From the NCBI RefSeq assembly GCF_009914755.1, contig NC_060928.1: a DNA stretch of 64,000 bases, one strand, 5' to 3'. Each line of letters starts with the position of its first letter. Position 1 is the first letter of the stretch. This DNA comes from the human T2T-CHM13v2.0 reference genome, Homo sapiens. The notes under the pieces are model-generated. The model was not told where the DNA came from. It worked only from the letters and a program-made list of their open reading frames with translations, and ran no database searches. Below, one piece after another: positions 16,614 to 44,641 of the stretch. The translations under genes were made by a program, and so were the position numbers.

Positions 16614-18014
16614 CTAGCTGAGTTTTTAAACCAAACCTTTTGACACCAAATGCAGGCTTCATTCTGCATTTTAGGAGGTAGATTGTAAGAGAACAGTAGG
16701 AGATACTACATTAATACAAATAGGGGATAAATATAGCTTCTGTGATACACAGCAAAGCTTAACTATGATTGAAGTTTAAAGGAGAAATTACTTGCAAATA
16801 ACTAGGAATGGCATTTGAGTTGGAACCTAAATGATGGGCAAATTTTGGACAAAAGGCAGAAAGGGCATTCCAGGCAAGGAAAGTACGGACTGATCTGGCA
16901 CATTGTGGGTGAGAAATGGAAGTGTACATTGGAGATAAGTCATGAGTTTTAAGCTGAAGAAGTTTGGCTTTTTTTCCCCAGTCTTTGGTTCTAAAACTTT
17001 GCTGAACACAAAATCAGATGGGCACATTTATTAAAAATACAAATTCTCGGGCCTTATCTCCTGAAGATTTGAATTTAGGTTTACAGGATAGCCTAGAAAT
17101 TAGCATTGTTAGCTGTGATGCTGAGCAGGTCTGCATGTGGTCTGTGCTTTGAGTAAGTTAAGGGAATTTTTAAGTGATTCAGTTGTATGTGTCTCTGATA
17201 GGATCACATGGGGGAGATTTGAAGAAATTAGAAAACCCAGAGTTTTGAGGGTAGGGTTTGATAACCAGGTTTACCAATGGGAAATGGGGTGGGGGAAGGT
17301 TTAAGTTGAAGCAAGAGGAGTGCTTTAAACTCTGGTGGTAACTCTGATTTAACAAATGCTAGGAAGACCTGCTTTTTGCTAGGTCCTGTGCAACACTGTA
17401 ATGATAGTGATCCATAAAATGCACTCCTAGATGGAGGCTCAAAGTCTAGAAAATCTTTCCAAATTTAATCCTCATAAACTCCCTGTTAAATACGTGTGAA
17501 ACTATTTTGTGCCTTAATATAGAGAAGGTAACTTGTCCAGTGTGCAGCTAGTGTGTGGTGGAGTTGGCCGTAAACAGGTTCTAAAATCCTTGCTCTTGGT
17601 GAGGTGTCTCTTGCTAATATCCCTTTACCTTTTAATTTTAGTTCTTAACACATAGCCCCTTATGTGTTGTTTTTTACTGGGAATTTTCAAAAATATGGTT
17701 AAAATATTCTAAGACATTTTGCAAATCAAGAAATACCACTATTCCTGGATCCTAACAATAAATTAGAGCTCTCATAAGTGGTCTCCTGTGGGGATGACTT
17801 CATAGTTTATCTTGACTCAGAAGGAGGACAGATAACTACTGGCATGAAATTGAAGGATTATCCTGCTTTAAATGAATTTCACCTTTTAAGTTTTACTCTG
17901 TATTTGTGTATCCTGTAGTTTCCTGGGTTCCCTGATTGCTTTGCTTGGTTCTTTACCATGTTTGCCTTCTCTGTGCTAAATAAAAAATGAAGTTCATTTT
18001 AAAGAAATGATTAA

Positions 18015-18119
<105 letters not shown>

Positions 18120-18140
18120 AAAAATGAAACTTTTTTGAGT

Positions 18141-18146
18141 AATAAA
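18141..18146 (+). terminator. RPL34 proximal polyadenylation signal
   Basis: AATAAA 22 nt after the stop codon, followed by a GT/T-rich downstream element. Confidence 0.85.
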
Positions 18147-18256
18147 AATGAAAAGACGCTGTATGTATGACTTTTTTTTTTTCTGTTGTAATGTGTTAGT
18201 ATACAGATTTTGTTTCTGTATGGTATTTGGGGACCCTATAGTTTTTAGCAGATTAC

Positions 18257-18629
<373 letters not shown>

Positions 18630-19067
18630 TGATGGCCAGAATTTTTTTGGTGACAGCTCTACCGCTGCATTGGAGCATAATGTCCTTCTCTTTGTGGGCT
18701 GAGACTTCAGGGTGGTTTGGGAGGAATGGCCCTTCTATTTGAAACTTTAATATCCCTTTGATCCTTATTATGGTATCTCCTTTACGTCAGCAAGTTTCAT
18801 AGGATAGAAACCTTGGTATTCTAGTTCCTTGGAATGGAACCTTTTTAAGATTGTTTTTAAACCCTCTGTTCTTTTAGGTCACTTCAGTTCAAAAATGGTA
18901 TCTTGGAGAGCTCAGAACTCCTTATTTAACAAATGAGTGAGCTACTATATATAAAACCTTGGGTCAAGGGTATAGTTTCTGATCTACATTGGATTTATTA
19001 TCCAGGCCAGAATGTTAAAATACAGACCTCATTTTTCTTGGGAACTATGTAGTGTTTCTGCCAGCTC

Positions 19068-20780
<1,713 letters not shown>

Positions 20781-21698
20781 TTTAATTTTAACCACAGTAC
20801 ACTTGATTGGCTGTGTGCCTGACTCCACCAAATTTGTTTTAGTCCTCCCAGCAACTCCAACAGCTTTATTCCCATTTTACTGATGAGAGAACAGACACAG
20901 GTTATAGAAAACCCAGAGCCATTTGTATTGTTGGTAGGATTTTTGCAGCTGTGTTAGTGAATAAGTGTAATGACCGGGCACCCTAATAAATGCTAGCATA
21001 ATCAATGATAGCTGGGATCCCTGTTGTCAACATTCATAGTCTCAAACGATTGAGATACATTAGCTTTCTCCAAACACCTGCCAATCCCAAAGATTGTTAA
21101 GCAACCAGGATAATAGAATTAATTATCTTGTATAATGTTTAATCACAGTATTGAAAATATAAAACGGGGATAGAATTGAAAAGCTTGAATTCTAAGGCAG
21201 ATTTACATCACTTTCTCATGATTCAGGCTTATATATACTGCACCAAGCAGTTCTGTGACTGTGTTTTATTGTATTTGATATAACCATCTAAAAATTGGCA
21301 CTTTTAATAATATACTCAGACAATAATGTGGCTTAAAACTTAAACTAATTGGCTGCTCTGTAGGCCAGTCTAGTTTTTGAAAGGTTTGAGATGTAATTTC
21401 TGAAAAAATTGCTGTGGAAGAGAAAGCCTATTTGCCACCCCAACCTGAGTTCTTGCTGGTGGAAGGAGGCTCCTCCCTCTCCTTGCTGCTCCAAGTTAGG
21501 TAGAACAACATGACTGGACACAGGCTCTAGCTGGTGGGAACTAGCAAGTTTCAGCAAAATATGAAATGGGTGACCTTTGAGAAATGTAAGGAAGTTAAAG
21601 AATTGAGGTGTACATTCTTTTCCAAGAATTCTTGGTATGTTAAATGGTTTTACTTAACAAACAGCTTTGTAGACTATTTGGAAAGTTTGGAAAAATAG

Positions 21699-22082
<384 letters not shown>

Positions 22083-23464
22083 TAAAATAGACATTTTAAG
22101 TCAAAACTGGAAGCCCACTGCATATATAAACTTTTAACTCCTTTTTTTCTCCCACATAACCCCTGTGATATTTCTTTTCAAAGAATATTTTAGTAGCTGC
22201 CTGCAGTATGAAATTTACATGCTATAATTTAGACATTCCCTTTATTTTGAACATTTGGGCTATTTCCAGTTTTTCTCTATTTTAAAACATGAGCCTTCTT
22301 ATATATCTGATTATTTCACTTATGCTGAATTGTTTTTTAATATTCACAAGTTGGTGTTGAAGTTCAGTATTTAGAAGACAAAGAGCATTGACGGGTGTGA
22401 ACATAGTAACGACTCTGTCCAAGTGACCCAAATGGATTCTATAACTCTTCTGGGTTTTGATTTTTGTAAAAAACAAAATGAAGCTCTTATTGAATCCAGT
22501 TCTATGTGTGTGACAAAGTATTCTTGACAGGTTCCTAAAAAGACATGTGAATGTAGTCAGTGGTTTTCTTTTTAAAGTCTAATATTTCTCCTTCCGTTGA
22601 ATTGCTTATAAATTCTGTTAGAAGGTTGAAAGGGTTCTTTTACCCTTAAAAATATAAAATCTCCAAATGTTTAAGTAAGCAAATCAAGTTTGTTTTAGCA
22701 ACTTAATAACATCCTATAATCTTTACCCCAGTGATTAAGAGCTTGGGCTTCCAGAATTTTGATAGTCAGGGCTATGTCCAACTTTCACTGTAAACTATGC
22801 ATCTTATCAAACCAACTAAAATCACATATAATCCTCACAGAGTAAGATTGTGAAGCAGTTCTGAATGTTATGATTTTTCCCTAAAGTATATTATTTATTG
22901 CCGGTAATAATTATTCTGCCATTATTAGGTCCAATAGAAAAAGTTGGTGTGCTGGAGCTACCTCACCTCAGCTTGAGAGAGCCAGTTGTGTGCATCTCTT
23001 TCCAGTTTTGCATCCAGTGACGTCTGCTTGGCATCTTGAGATTGTTATGGTGAGAGTATTTACACCTCAGCAAATGCTGCAAAATCCTGTTTTCCCCCAG
23101 AGAGCTGGAGGTTAAATACTACCAGCACATCCCTAGATACTACTCAAGTTACAGTATATGATCACTAATATAGTATGCTCTTGGTACCAGGAGCTCTGAT
23201 ATATATCTGGTACATGTTTGATAATGACTTGATTGTTATTATAAGTACTTATTAATACTTCGATTCTGTAAAGAGTTTAGGGTTTGATTTTATAAAATCC
23301 AAAATGAGCCTTTTATTGAATCCAGTTCTCTATGTGACCAGTTCTCTGTATGAATGGAAGGGAAAAGAATTAAAAATCTTGCAAAGGGGAAAGTTCCATC
23401 TTCTTAAAAACTAGATGTGGTAAACAACTATTCTAAACCAGGAGTAGAAAAGCTAACACTATCT

Positions 23465-23757
23465 GGCTGGACACGGTGGCTCACACCTGTAATCCCAGCA
23501 CTTTGGGAGGCCAAGGTGGGTGGATCATGAGGTCAGGAGATGGAGACCATCCTAGCTAACACAGTGAAACCCCGTCTCTACTAAAAATACAAAAAATTAG
23601 CCGGGCATGGTGGCAGGCGCCTGTAGTCACAGCTACCCGGAGGCTGAGGCAGAAGAATGGCGTGAACCTGGGAGGTGGAGCTTGCAGTGAGCCGAGATTG
23701 CGCCACTGCACTCCAGCCTGGGCTACAGAGCGAGACTCCGTCTCAAAAAAAAAAAAG
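23465..23757 (+). mobile_element. AluY-like
   Basis: gaatggcgtgaacc diagnostic; degenerate TSD aaag(c/t)taaca. Confidence 0.93.
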
Positions 23758-23799
23758 AAAAGAAGTTAACATTGTCTTTATGAATCTCATTTCTATCTC

Positions 23800-24680
23800 A
23801 GCTAGTTCATGCTACTGTAACTACCACGGACTGAGTGGCTTGAACAACATTTATTTCTCACTGTTCTGGAAGCTAAGTCCAAGATCAAGGCACTGGCAGA
23901 TTCCATGTCTCTTCCTGTTTGCAGATGGCCATCTCCTTGCTGTATCCACATGTGGTGGAGAGATCACCTGTCTCATGTCTTTTCTTAGAAGGGCACTTAT
24001 CTCGTCATCAGGGCTCCATCCTCAAAATCTAATAATATATACCTCCCCAAAGCCTCACCATCCCATTGGAAGTTAGTACTCCAACATATAAATTTTGAGG
24101 GGGATGCAAACATTCAGTCCCTAACATTTTCTAAATTAAAGGATAAGATCCGCAATAATTCTGGATGAAAAGATGCTTTTGGGTTTCCAAAATATTAGCT
24201 ATTCAATAATTTTTAATAAATCTTAAATGTTTCTGGTTAACCTGAAGGATTATGTAAGTATTTTTGCCAAACATTTACATTCTTTTATAATTGCTTTAGC
24301 TTTCATTCATTTACTCGATAAATATTTATTAGAAACTACCATGTACCAGAAACTATGATGCTGGATAATTGTTAATACAGTAGTCAACAAAGCAGATGAG
24401 ACTCTTCCCTTGGCCTCATGGCACACAGGAGAGACAATGTTAAATGGGGAACATATAAATACATTTGTTGTTGTACACACTGGGATTAGACTCACAAAAA
24501 GAAAGTCCACAGTGCTGTGAAACGATGTGGAAAGGGAACCTCATGGGGGAGTTAAGGGAGGCTTTTTCTGAGAAAGTGATGTTTAAGCCCACAACAAAGA
24601 TAAGTAGGTGTTGTCTGGGTGACAAAAAGGGAGAATACTCTGGACATAGAAACCAACATGTGCAAATGCCGTAAGTCAAG
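23800..24680. mobile_element. MLT1-type LTR (about 23800-24125) and L2 fragment (about 24300-24680)
   Basis: tttatttctcactgttctggaagctaagtccaagatcaagg; cattcatttactcgataaatatttatt. Confidence 0.6.
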
Positions 24681-25804
24681 AAATCGTTTTTATGAAAAAC
24701 AAAATCAATTCAGGCAATCCAATTCACTCTCAATATTTAAAGGCCAATAAACCTGAAAAGTGTGAACTAATTGTTAATCACTAAGAAGGAACATCCCTGT
24801 CAGCACATAGATTTACTATACCTGTGTGGCCCCAGGGCTACTTTTCATCCTAAGGGACACCAGCAAAAGAAAAGCTTTCCTAAACTGTTTTAGTTAGGAG
24901 CAAATAAATCCTCCTCTACATTAGGGGATATTTAAATTATGCAATCCCCTAGATAATTTAGGCACCAACCACCTACCATTAAGGAGGAAAAGGATCAAAT
25001 TTACTGACCAAATTCCCTTGATATTCATTCAGCTTCTATATTCCTTGGCCTGTGCAAATAGCCTGAAGACTTTACTCTCTCAGCTCTCTCTCATTCTAGG
25101 GTTGAAAATAAGCTTACAGCTTGACTTGCCTAAAGAACAAATGGTCTTGAAGAAAATTCACGTGTTTATTGCATCTTAGTGTAAGTCATAAAAGATGTCA
25201 CAGGCCATAGGGTCTCTCTTTCACAACTACTCAATTCTGCCATTGTAGAGTGTCAGTAGCCATAGACGATACATAAACAAATGGTCATGGCTATGTTCCA
25301 ATAAAATTTTATTTACAAAAACTGATGTCAGGTCAGATTTGGTCTCTTAGCTCATAGTTTGGGACCCTGCTCTAGACAACTCTGCTTCTAGCCAAAGCTG
25401 CCATCTGATTGCAATTGCATGAGAGACCTTAAGCAAGACCAGTAGAAAACTGCCTTGTTAAGTCTAATCAGCCCAATGGATGGTGGGAAAAAATAAAATG
25501 GCTGCTTTTTAAATTCCATTCAATTTTGAGGTGATTTGTTACATAGCAATATACCACTAAGACAATGGTACAGTGCAATGATCTTTAAATATTTCTTTTT
25601 ACTTGAGTACCCCTTAACATTTTGGAAAGTTATGTAGACTCTGGCACATTTTCAGATTGTCATCTAAAACTTTTCATTCAAAATGTAAATCCTTGCAAAG
25701 GATATCATTTCCAACAGAGTGAACATTTTAATAATTTTAAAGAGAACTGTTTTATCAATTTTTAAGCATATCAAAATCTCCATAGCCATTTTTTTGAGTT
25801 TTTG

Positions 25805-26172
25805 TATATGTATTTATTTATTTATTTTTAACTTTTAAGTTCAGTGGTATATGTGCAGATTTGTTATATAGGTAAACTTATGTCATGGGAGTTTGTTGTA
25901 TAGATTATTTTATCACGCAGGTATTAAGCCTAGTACCCATTAGTTATTTTTCCTGGTCCTCTCCCTCCTCCCACCCTCTACCCTGCAATAGGCCCCAGTG
26001 TGTGTTTCCCTCTATGTGTCCATGTGTCCTCATCATTTAGCTCCCACTTTATAAGTGAGAACATGCAGAATTTGGTTTTCCGTTCCTGCATTAGTTTGCT
26101 AAGGATAATGGCCTCCAGCTCCATCCATGTTCCTGCAAAGGACATGATATTGTTCTTTTTTATGGTATAGTA
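25805..26172 (-). mobile_element. L1PA (older subfamily) 3' end
   Basis: MSFAGTWMELEAIILSKL ORF2 C-terminus in the minus-strand ORF; L1 3'UTR; tagccatttt on both flanks. Confidence 0.9.
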
Positions 26173-26243
26173 GCCATTTTCAAAAAGACAGGAACAAGCT
26201 TTTCTAACATTTGGAAGTTTTATATTCGTTCTTTTTTCTTCCA

Positions 26244-28115
<1,872 letters not shown>

Positions 28116-29630
28116 TCATCTCTAGGACCAGTGCGGCCCTCAGACAAGGGGCCTCTCCTCTGGGTCCCATGCTTTAGAGGGCGCTGCTCTGGCTTTCACC
28201 TGCCAATATCCCACCCCAAAAGCAAAGAGTTCAGGGGACCAAGGGGCATGCTAACCCTAAATGTATGCTCTCTTTCTGGACATAATCCCAGAATCCCTGC
28301 CCGAGGCACCCAAACCCACGCACATGCTCATTTCATGTGAGTCAACATGTTCCCTCCTCAAGGAGTATTTATATTTTTGGTTTTGTAATTGCTGATGGTG
28401 AGTTGAAAGACTGACTTCTGCTGAGGGAATTTTAAGCAGAGGAAGCTGGTAACTCAATCTGTTTGGAGTCAAGGATCACTCTATTCAATGTAACACAAAG
28501 CTAAGAGGTAATGCAAAGGACAGGATCGGCAGTGAAGAAAACACTTGGGATTGCCATGTCTTCAGAAATCGACATCAGAAGCTCCCATGAGGTTTGTCTT
28601 CTGAAATTTCCTTTTCTGTTTCAAAAATCTGAGCTTAACAATATTGTCAGTGGTTCTCACACTTTAGATTCACTTAGGATTCTTCTGGGAAACTTGTTAA
28701 AATTCAGATACCCAAGCTCCATCAAAGATGTCCCCAATCAGAACCTCTGAAAGTCAGGCCAAGAACTTTCATGGTAACAGATCTCCTAGCTGATTTTCAC
28801 CCAGATGGATCTTGAACTGCCCTTTCACAACGATGTGGTACAAACTGTGTACGGTTGGGCATTAGACAAACATGGGTTTAAATCATAGGTCTACCATTAA
28901 CCAGTTAGGTGACTGAGCAATTTTCTTACCTTCTGTCCATCTTAGTCACCTCACCTGTAAAAATGAAGATAAATAATCATAATTTCAGAGGTTCTGAGGG
29001 TTGCTGAAATACCTTGTGTTGTCCACATCGCAGAGCACATGGTTCATGGTAATGATGCTCAGTAAGCCTCTTTCCTGCTTGCAGTACAAGAGCTGCCTTC
29101 TTACCTACTTACAGAGAAACACAGAAAATGCATCAAGATGGCCAGGATGAAGTCTTCTCATTTAGAGTGATTGAAGAGCAGTGATAATATTGGAAATAAA
29201 CCAAAAAGCCAACTGATATCCTCCTGTATCATGTTTTACCCAAAATGATTTTTTTTTTTCTCTTTGTAAGGAATTACACACACACACCCCCATACACACA
29301 CACTGGCTGATAGTATCAAGCTGTCTTTGATTAGCTCTGGGCAAATGCATGGCAGGGCATCTGAAAACCACAACTGGAGACATCATTTCTGATGGGCCTA
29401 ATGCTCTGGGTATTTCCTTTCAACTGAACTTGGGGAAAGTACTTTGATATAATGTACATATGGAAATATTTTACAACATTCTTTAAAAGTTAGATACTTT
29501 ATTCAGGATATATGTAAAACACACTTTTCTCTTCAACGTGTATGGCTAAATTCCTTGTCATTTCTAAGCCAGCGTATTTTTGTGTTGTTTTGTTAAATTG
29601 ATCTCAGTGTGTAAGAAAGGACCATATTGA

Positions 29631-30142
<512 letters not shown>

Positions 30143-32932
30143 ACCATTGCCACATTTCACATGTGCAATCAAATTGCAACCTGGGTTCTGGTTCAAATTC
30201 TTTTGAAGTGATTAAAGCCTGTTGTTTTAAATGCCATTCCTAATCTTAGGGTAAAACATTCCTTGGGAAAGTGTTCTTCAATCCAAGAATCTAACAGTGG
30301 TTACTTTCAGGGAGAAGGAATAGGGGAGGGGAGAAGATGATAAGGGGAAGGTGACATTTGCTTTGCATTTTTAAAATTATTTGTACTCTTTGAATTTATA
30401 ACTCCAAACATGTCATCTTATTTTTTAAAAAAAGGAATCGTCTGTATAATGGTGTTGTAGACCATTTTGGTTATTAATTCTCTTTAAATTTCTGAATTGA
30501 AAAATGAAATCTAGTAAGTATACTTTTGAAAGCTTAGCTAGAAATTATTTATTTTTAAGATTCAATTACCAAAACGTGCCAAATATACTTTTTTCTTTTT
30601 TAGTTTACAAGCCTGTATGTAAAATATTTGTAAGACAACTAGATATAAAAAATACCCTGGGTTTGATATTTTATTCATCTGAAAATGATGCTTTCACAAG
30701 ATTTTTTCTTTCATCATTAAAGAAGTAAATCATTTGCATTTTAAAGATATGCTCGAATGCTGTGGGATGCAGCTTTTCCCATTTATGTAATGTTTAATTG
30801 CATTTACTTGATCACAGCATTGAGGCAAGTTTCTTTAAAATAAGTTTGCCTTTTCATAATGCTTGCGACTATAGTTTGTTAATCTCAAAGTATCAAGAAT
30901 GCACTTTGATGAGGATAAAATTATGCAGGACTATGATTCCTATGAAAGAGAACTCCTGCCCTACTCTGGCCACAGAAAAGAATTACATGTGGGCAGCTGT
31001 GAGAAAAATGCTGTTGTTATTCAGTTGAATTGCAACAGCTTTGCAAGTGAGGTAAAAAACGTGTAGATCTACAGTTATTTTTCTTTAACACATTTTAATA
31101 TCTATGTGCCTGTGTGAGTGTTTTTTTGTTTTAACCTGGGTCCCTAATGTTGCAAAACAATTTATTCTTCACAGAGGACAGCTCCCAACTCTTTACCTCT
31201 CTTCCTAATGCAACACTCACTCTCACTCTCAGCAGCCTTATAATATCTGTAAATGTAGAAACTATCAGTTATGAACTTCTGTAACTCCCTTTTCATCTTT
31301 GGCACCTCAAAACTTTAATGTATGTAAAAGCATGGGCTTTGAAATTGGTAAACTGGAGCTCTATCAATCTCTGGCTGTGTCAACTTGAGCATGTTGCCCA
31401 ATTTCTATGAGCCTCAGTTTTCTTATCTAAAAAATGAAACTAATAATGCCTACTCCAAAGAATTGTTGGATGGATTAAGTAAGACAACCTAATATAATTG
31501 CTGTGCATAGTAAATCCTAACTGTTGGTTGCCTTATACCTCTAATCTTCTTTCTGCTCTCTTTTCTTTAGAAGATGGCATGCATCTTTTCCAAGGTAAAT
31601 TTTACCTCTGTTGAACTCTATCCCATACTCTCTTGCCATGGCCCTAATTTTGTTCAGTTACTTAACTCCTTCCCTTCCCTCTGACATCCTTGGTCCCTTC
31701 CTCTCCACAGTTTTATTCTCTCGTCTTACACAAACATGCCCAAGTCTCATCATCCATAAAAACCTCTGTCATTACCACTTCAGCTCTCTTCTTCTGTTCA
31801 TACCCAGCTGTGTTGGGTGCCATGAATCATTCACTACTATTATTTTTAAAATTCCTATCACTACTTCTCCCCTCTGCAATCTGGCTTCTCCTGCCAACAT
31901 GCTACTGAAATTAATGAATTAATTCATCAAATATTTACAAGCATTTATCATGATACTATGTCCCAGGCACTGTGCTCAGTAACTCAAGTCATTATAATAC
32001 TGTGTGCTTGACAATATGTTGTACTTACTGGCCAAAAATCACCAATGTCTAATTGTCAAGCTAAATGTCTTCTTTCAATTTCAATCTATCTGACATGCTG
32101 GAAACTTCCCTTTCCAAGGCTTCTTTGCTATCGCTCCCTTGGCTCTTCTGTTCCTTTGATCTTGCTGTATTTACTTTGTAGTATCCTCCTAATTATGGGG
32201 GTGATTCCCTAGGCATCCATCTTCAGCTTTCTTCTCTCTCACTCTTTTAACTTTACTCTGTGAATTTCCTGTAATTATACACTACATTTGGTGTGTGTGT
32301 GTGTGTGTCTGTGTGCACGTGCATTTTTCTAGGAAGGAGTTCATAGCTTTTATCAGCTCTGCAAGGAGGTCTATGACCCTCCCAATAACAACCCTGACCA
32401 GTTCCACCTCACGTGTAGACACATTCTTCCACTGTGATGACTTCCATTATCCTCCACATGCTGCTGATTCCTGGATCTCCAACCCTAAACCTCTTTCCCA
32501 TGCTCCAGCGACCATCTTCCCAACTCTGCCTAGGTCCCTCCTGGAGGGTCCTTCTAGAATAATAGTTCTCATCAGGCAGGTGGCAGAACCTCTGTCTCCC
32601 ACTCCTTGCATGCCCCTCTGTGAGGCTTGGGTGGGTTGGGGGTGATGGGAGGGGTGCGTGTATAATCAGAGTCCCTGGGGTGCAGAAGCTCTGTTCTGAC
32701 CTTGCCTCTTGCTATCCATGGAATTACTGCTCTATCCTGGCCATTTTCCCATTCTCTTTCTCTGGTTCCAGGAAAAGCCTTCCCTGGTCCAGCTCTTGGA
32801 CACAGCTGTAGTGTAGCCTGGAGCCATTGTTACACAATTCACTTTCATCAGAGCCCTCTCTTTCCAGAGTGTTCAAGCCCTATATTTATTTTTAATCAAA
32901 TTCTCATATTTCTATCTGCACAGAAAGATCTT

Positions 32933-40160
<7,228 letters not shown>

Positions 40161-40244
40161 CTACCTCTGGAAGGAGAACTAAAATTAGAATAGTGATAAT
40201 GGGAAACTCATTCCATATGTGTCTCTAATATTTGAATAAATTAA

Positions 40245-40649
<405 letters not shown>

Positions 40650-43039
40650 TAACTACAACAATAACACCAAACCCCACAATATTGCATTAGAAAGAGTTTT
40701 TATTTAGATCATGAGACATAATAGTGCTTCGTACTCATGCTTGTACAGAACCTAGCGCGAAAGAACATAATTCAAGACACTGTCAACCAAACTGCAAAAT
40801 GTCTTCATAAATAAAAATCCAGGTTAATATTAGTATTATTATCCTACAAAAAACAAAGCTACTAATTTCCTCTCCAACACATATTTAAATAAACAGAAAT
40901 CAACAATATTTGTAGCCTTTGTAATTCTAGTTTGTTTAGAATTTAGTTAAAAACTTATTTGTGGAGCTCTCCCTCTCTTTTGGCTGGCAGAACCATTTCT
41001 GACTTCAAGGCTTTTTATTAAAATATTCTACAATGAACACAGAAAGCTTGGTAGATACCATCTTTACACTTTTTTCTTCTTTGAATATATATTTGCTTGT
41101 GCACAGTAAGAATTATTAACATTTGCTTTTATATGTAGCTTAAGATGACAGCTCTACTGCATATTATATTGTAAACTGTGTTTCTCTCAACATTTTTCCT
41201 TCTTCATCTATAAATAGAAAACCACTGAATGATTGATTATATGTTTATTTAAGGGCATGCTCTAATGCCCACTGCTATATTCATTATTTCTTTGGTTTTC
41301 AGTTACAGAGTTTATGTTATGTTTAAATAGAACATTTTTCTGTAGGAATTGTGGGTTAGGACATGGATGATAACAGATATGCATATCTTACTCATGAAAG
41401 GTCTCTTTTATACGTGGCTTATAGAATATTACAAACTCATGTTGAAAAATATTTCAAAGCTTAAGAGGTTAAAAAATAATAATGAATTGGTTCCTGGAGC
41501 AAACTTACTTTTTGGAAAGTGATAGTAATAATTTAACATATAGATGAATGCAGTGTGTTCTGACTTGGCAATTTTATTATTTATGAAATTAATTTTTCAT
41601 TTAAAAATTATATATTAATAATTTATATGTTTTCCACAATGTAGGTAGAAATTATGTGTCCCTAGTATACACAGGAAGAAGGATAAGTATATAAACGTAT
41701 ACCATTTTAAACGTCTTAAATCTATTTACTTCTACAGCAATTGCCTTTTAGGTCTCATCCAGTCACAGACTATACTACACTTTTTGAGTTTATTTCCCTT
41801 CCCAGGAGTCACTTTTGTCATATGTAAAGCAGTTATACTAGTATTTACCTAACAGAATTGTCATGAAGAGTATATAAGCACAAATGTAAATCACTTAACA
41901 TAGTACCTGCCAAGCAGTGGTTAATTAATGTTAGATTCCTTTTTAAGCTATAAAGGAAATTTAAAAACCTTTAATCCCTATGTTTTTCCAAAGCAAAATG
42001 TTTTATTTTTATTTTTTTCTTCATACCAAAGCAAAATATTTTAATTGTTCCAAAGTGTTCCTTACTTATAAAACTGTGGGAATTTCAGAAACATTCTGCT
42101 TTACAGTGCCCAGAGAAACTTCCTACATATAAACGCTGGTTTTGGTGTAAATGCATTCATTATTGGTGTTATCATTGGCCTTTACATAACCTAAGATTCG
42201 TGTGGCTGCGTTAAGACATAGGCAATATGACTCTGGGAGAGACTCTCACTAATGAACAGTAAGGGCAGCAAGCCTCAACTGTACTTAGAATTGGATACTA
42301 CAATGTTTTGATAGTATTTTCATTACCGTCTTCAAACAATTTCTTAACAATTGAGTTGTTAGCTAATTAGAAGTGCAGAACCAATACATGGCATCCTGTA
42401 AAAATAACCACGGGCTTAGTAACAAGCAAATAAAAAAATATAAAAACATTGGCTCTATAATGTGTCAATATGCTCTGGACTTATGTAATCAGTGACTCTT
42501 AACTCTTGCTCCAAAAGGAAGTTAACATTTGTAGAGTCTTAAAAGATTATATAAAAAAGAAAAGCAAAACAGAAAACAAAAAATCTTTTAGACCTTCTAG
42601 TCCATCCCTAATGACTAATTCTCCATCATATATTTTCATCTATTTGGATTGTAAATGTTGCCCAGACCAGAGATGGCGGTGGTTCACACTAGGGTGTCAG
42701 TGGTGGAATGGTGAGGGGCAGATGAATTGGAGATATTTTGGTAGTACAGCCAAAGAGACCTACTAATATTTTGGATGCAGAAGGTTAGTAAGGAGAGAAA
42801 TCCAGACGACTTTAAGATTTTTGGCCAGAGGGATTTTACCTTTTAGCGACATACAGATGACCAAGGGAAGAGCAAAGTTGAGAGGATGAGTTATTCAAAA
42901 TAGTATTATGGTCACGCCAAGCTATCAGCATTAAGGCATCCCTGTAGAGATGTCCTGTTGACATTTGTGATCCAGGCTGGATGTTTAAAAAAAATTGGTA
43001 ACATATTACTTTAGCAACTATTATTAATTCTTATTATTA

Positions 43040-43900
<861 letters not shown>

Positions 43901-44008
43901 TTCTCACTCCCATTGCCTTTCTTCTCCTTCTAGCCCTCCCATCCCAGGGATCCGAGTCAAATATATTTTTCAAGGCCAAATTGTTGCTCTTTTTGTTGCT
44001 TGCCATAC

Positions 44009-44124
44009 GTTGTTTGATAAATGTCCTGGGAAAGCCTAATTTGGCAAACTCCGTTTCCATGGTTGGTTGTTTGATAAAGGTCCTGGGAAGGTCTAATTTG
44101 GCCAACTCCGCTTCCATGGTTGGT
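44009..44124. repeat. 57-bp tandem duplication
   Basis: GTTGTTTGATAAA...TCCATGGTTG at 44009 and 44066, about 5 mismatches. Confidence 0.92.
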
Positions 44125-44545
44125 CAAGAGCTTGTGGGACTTTTAAACTTATCTTTGTCCTGGAATCTTGGAAGAGACTTGACAATCTTTAGTTTTGTTG
44201 GCTCAAACCTAGGGTTCTGTGTTGCCTTTTGCATGACCTACAATAAATATCAATGGAATTTTCTGAAATCACAGGTTTGATAAATATTTGAGATTGGAGA
44301 TGAGATTTGCAGACGATACTGTATTTCAGTGGGCAGAAGTTGAGAATTAAAAAAATAAGATAAATAGCATTACTATTAAACGCTTCTGAATTGTCTATCA
44401 TCTTATTCTGTCCTTTTCAAATAGAAAATTGCAAAGGGGCGTTGCCTTATGTACTGGTGAGTTGGCAATCCGGCTAGTCTTTTCAGAGCCACTACCCTTT
44501 CAGGCCACAGTTCCAAGATTTACTTAGAACTGTGCTGCTGTGTAC

Positions 44546-44641
44546 ATTTAGATTTGGGGAAGTGGTGTACTTAACTTGGAAATTATAAAATTAATTTAGA
44601 TTTTGGGAAGTGGTGTACTTAACCTGGAAATTATAAAATTA
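44546..44641. repeat. 48-bp tandem duplication
   Basis: ATTTAGATTT.GGGAAGTGGTGTACTTAAC.TGGAAATTATAAAATTA twice, 2 mismatches. Confidence 0.94.
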
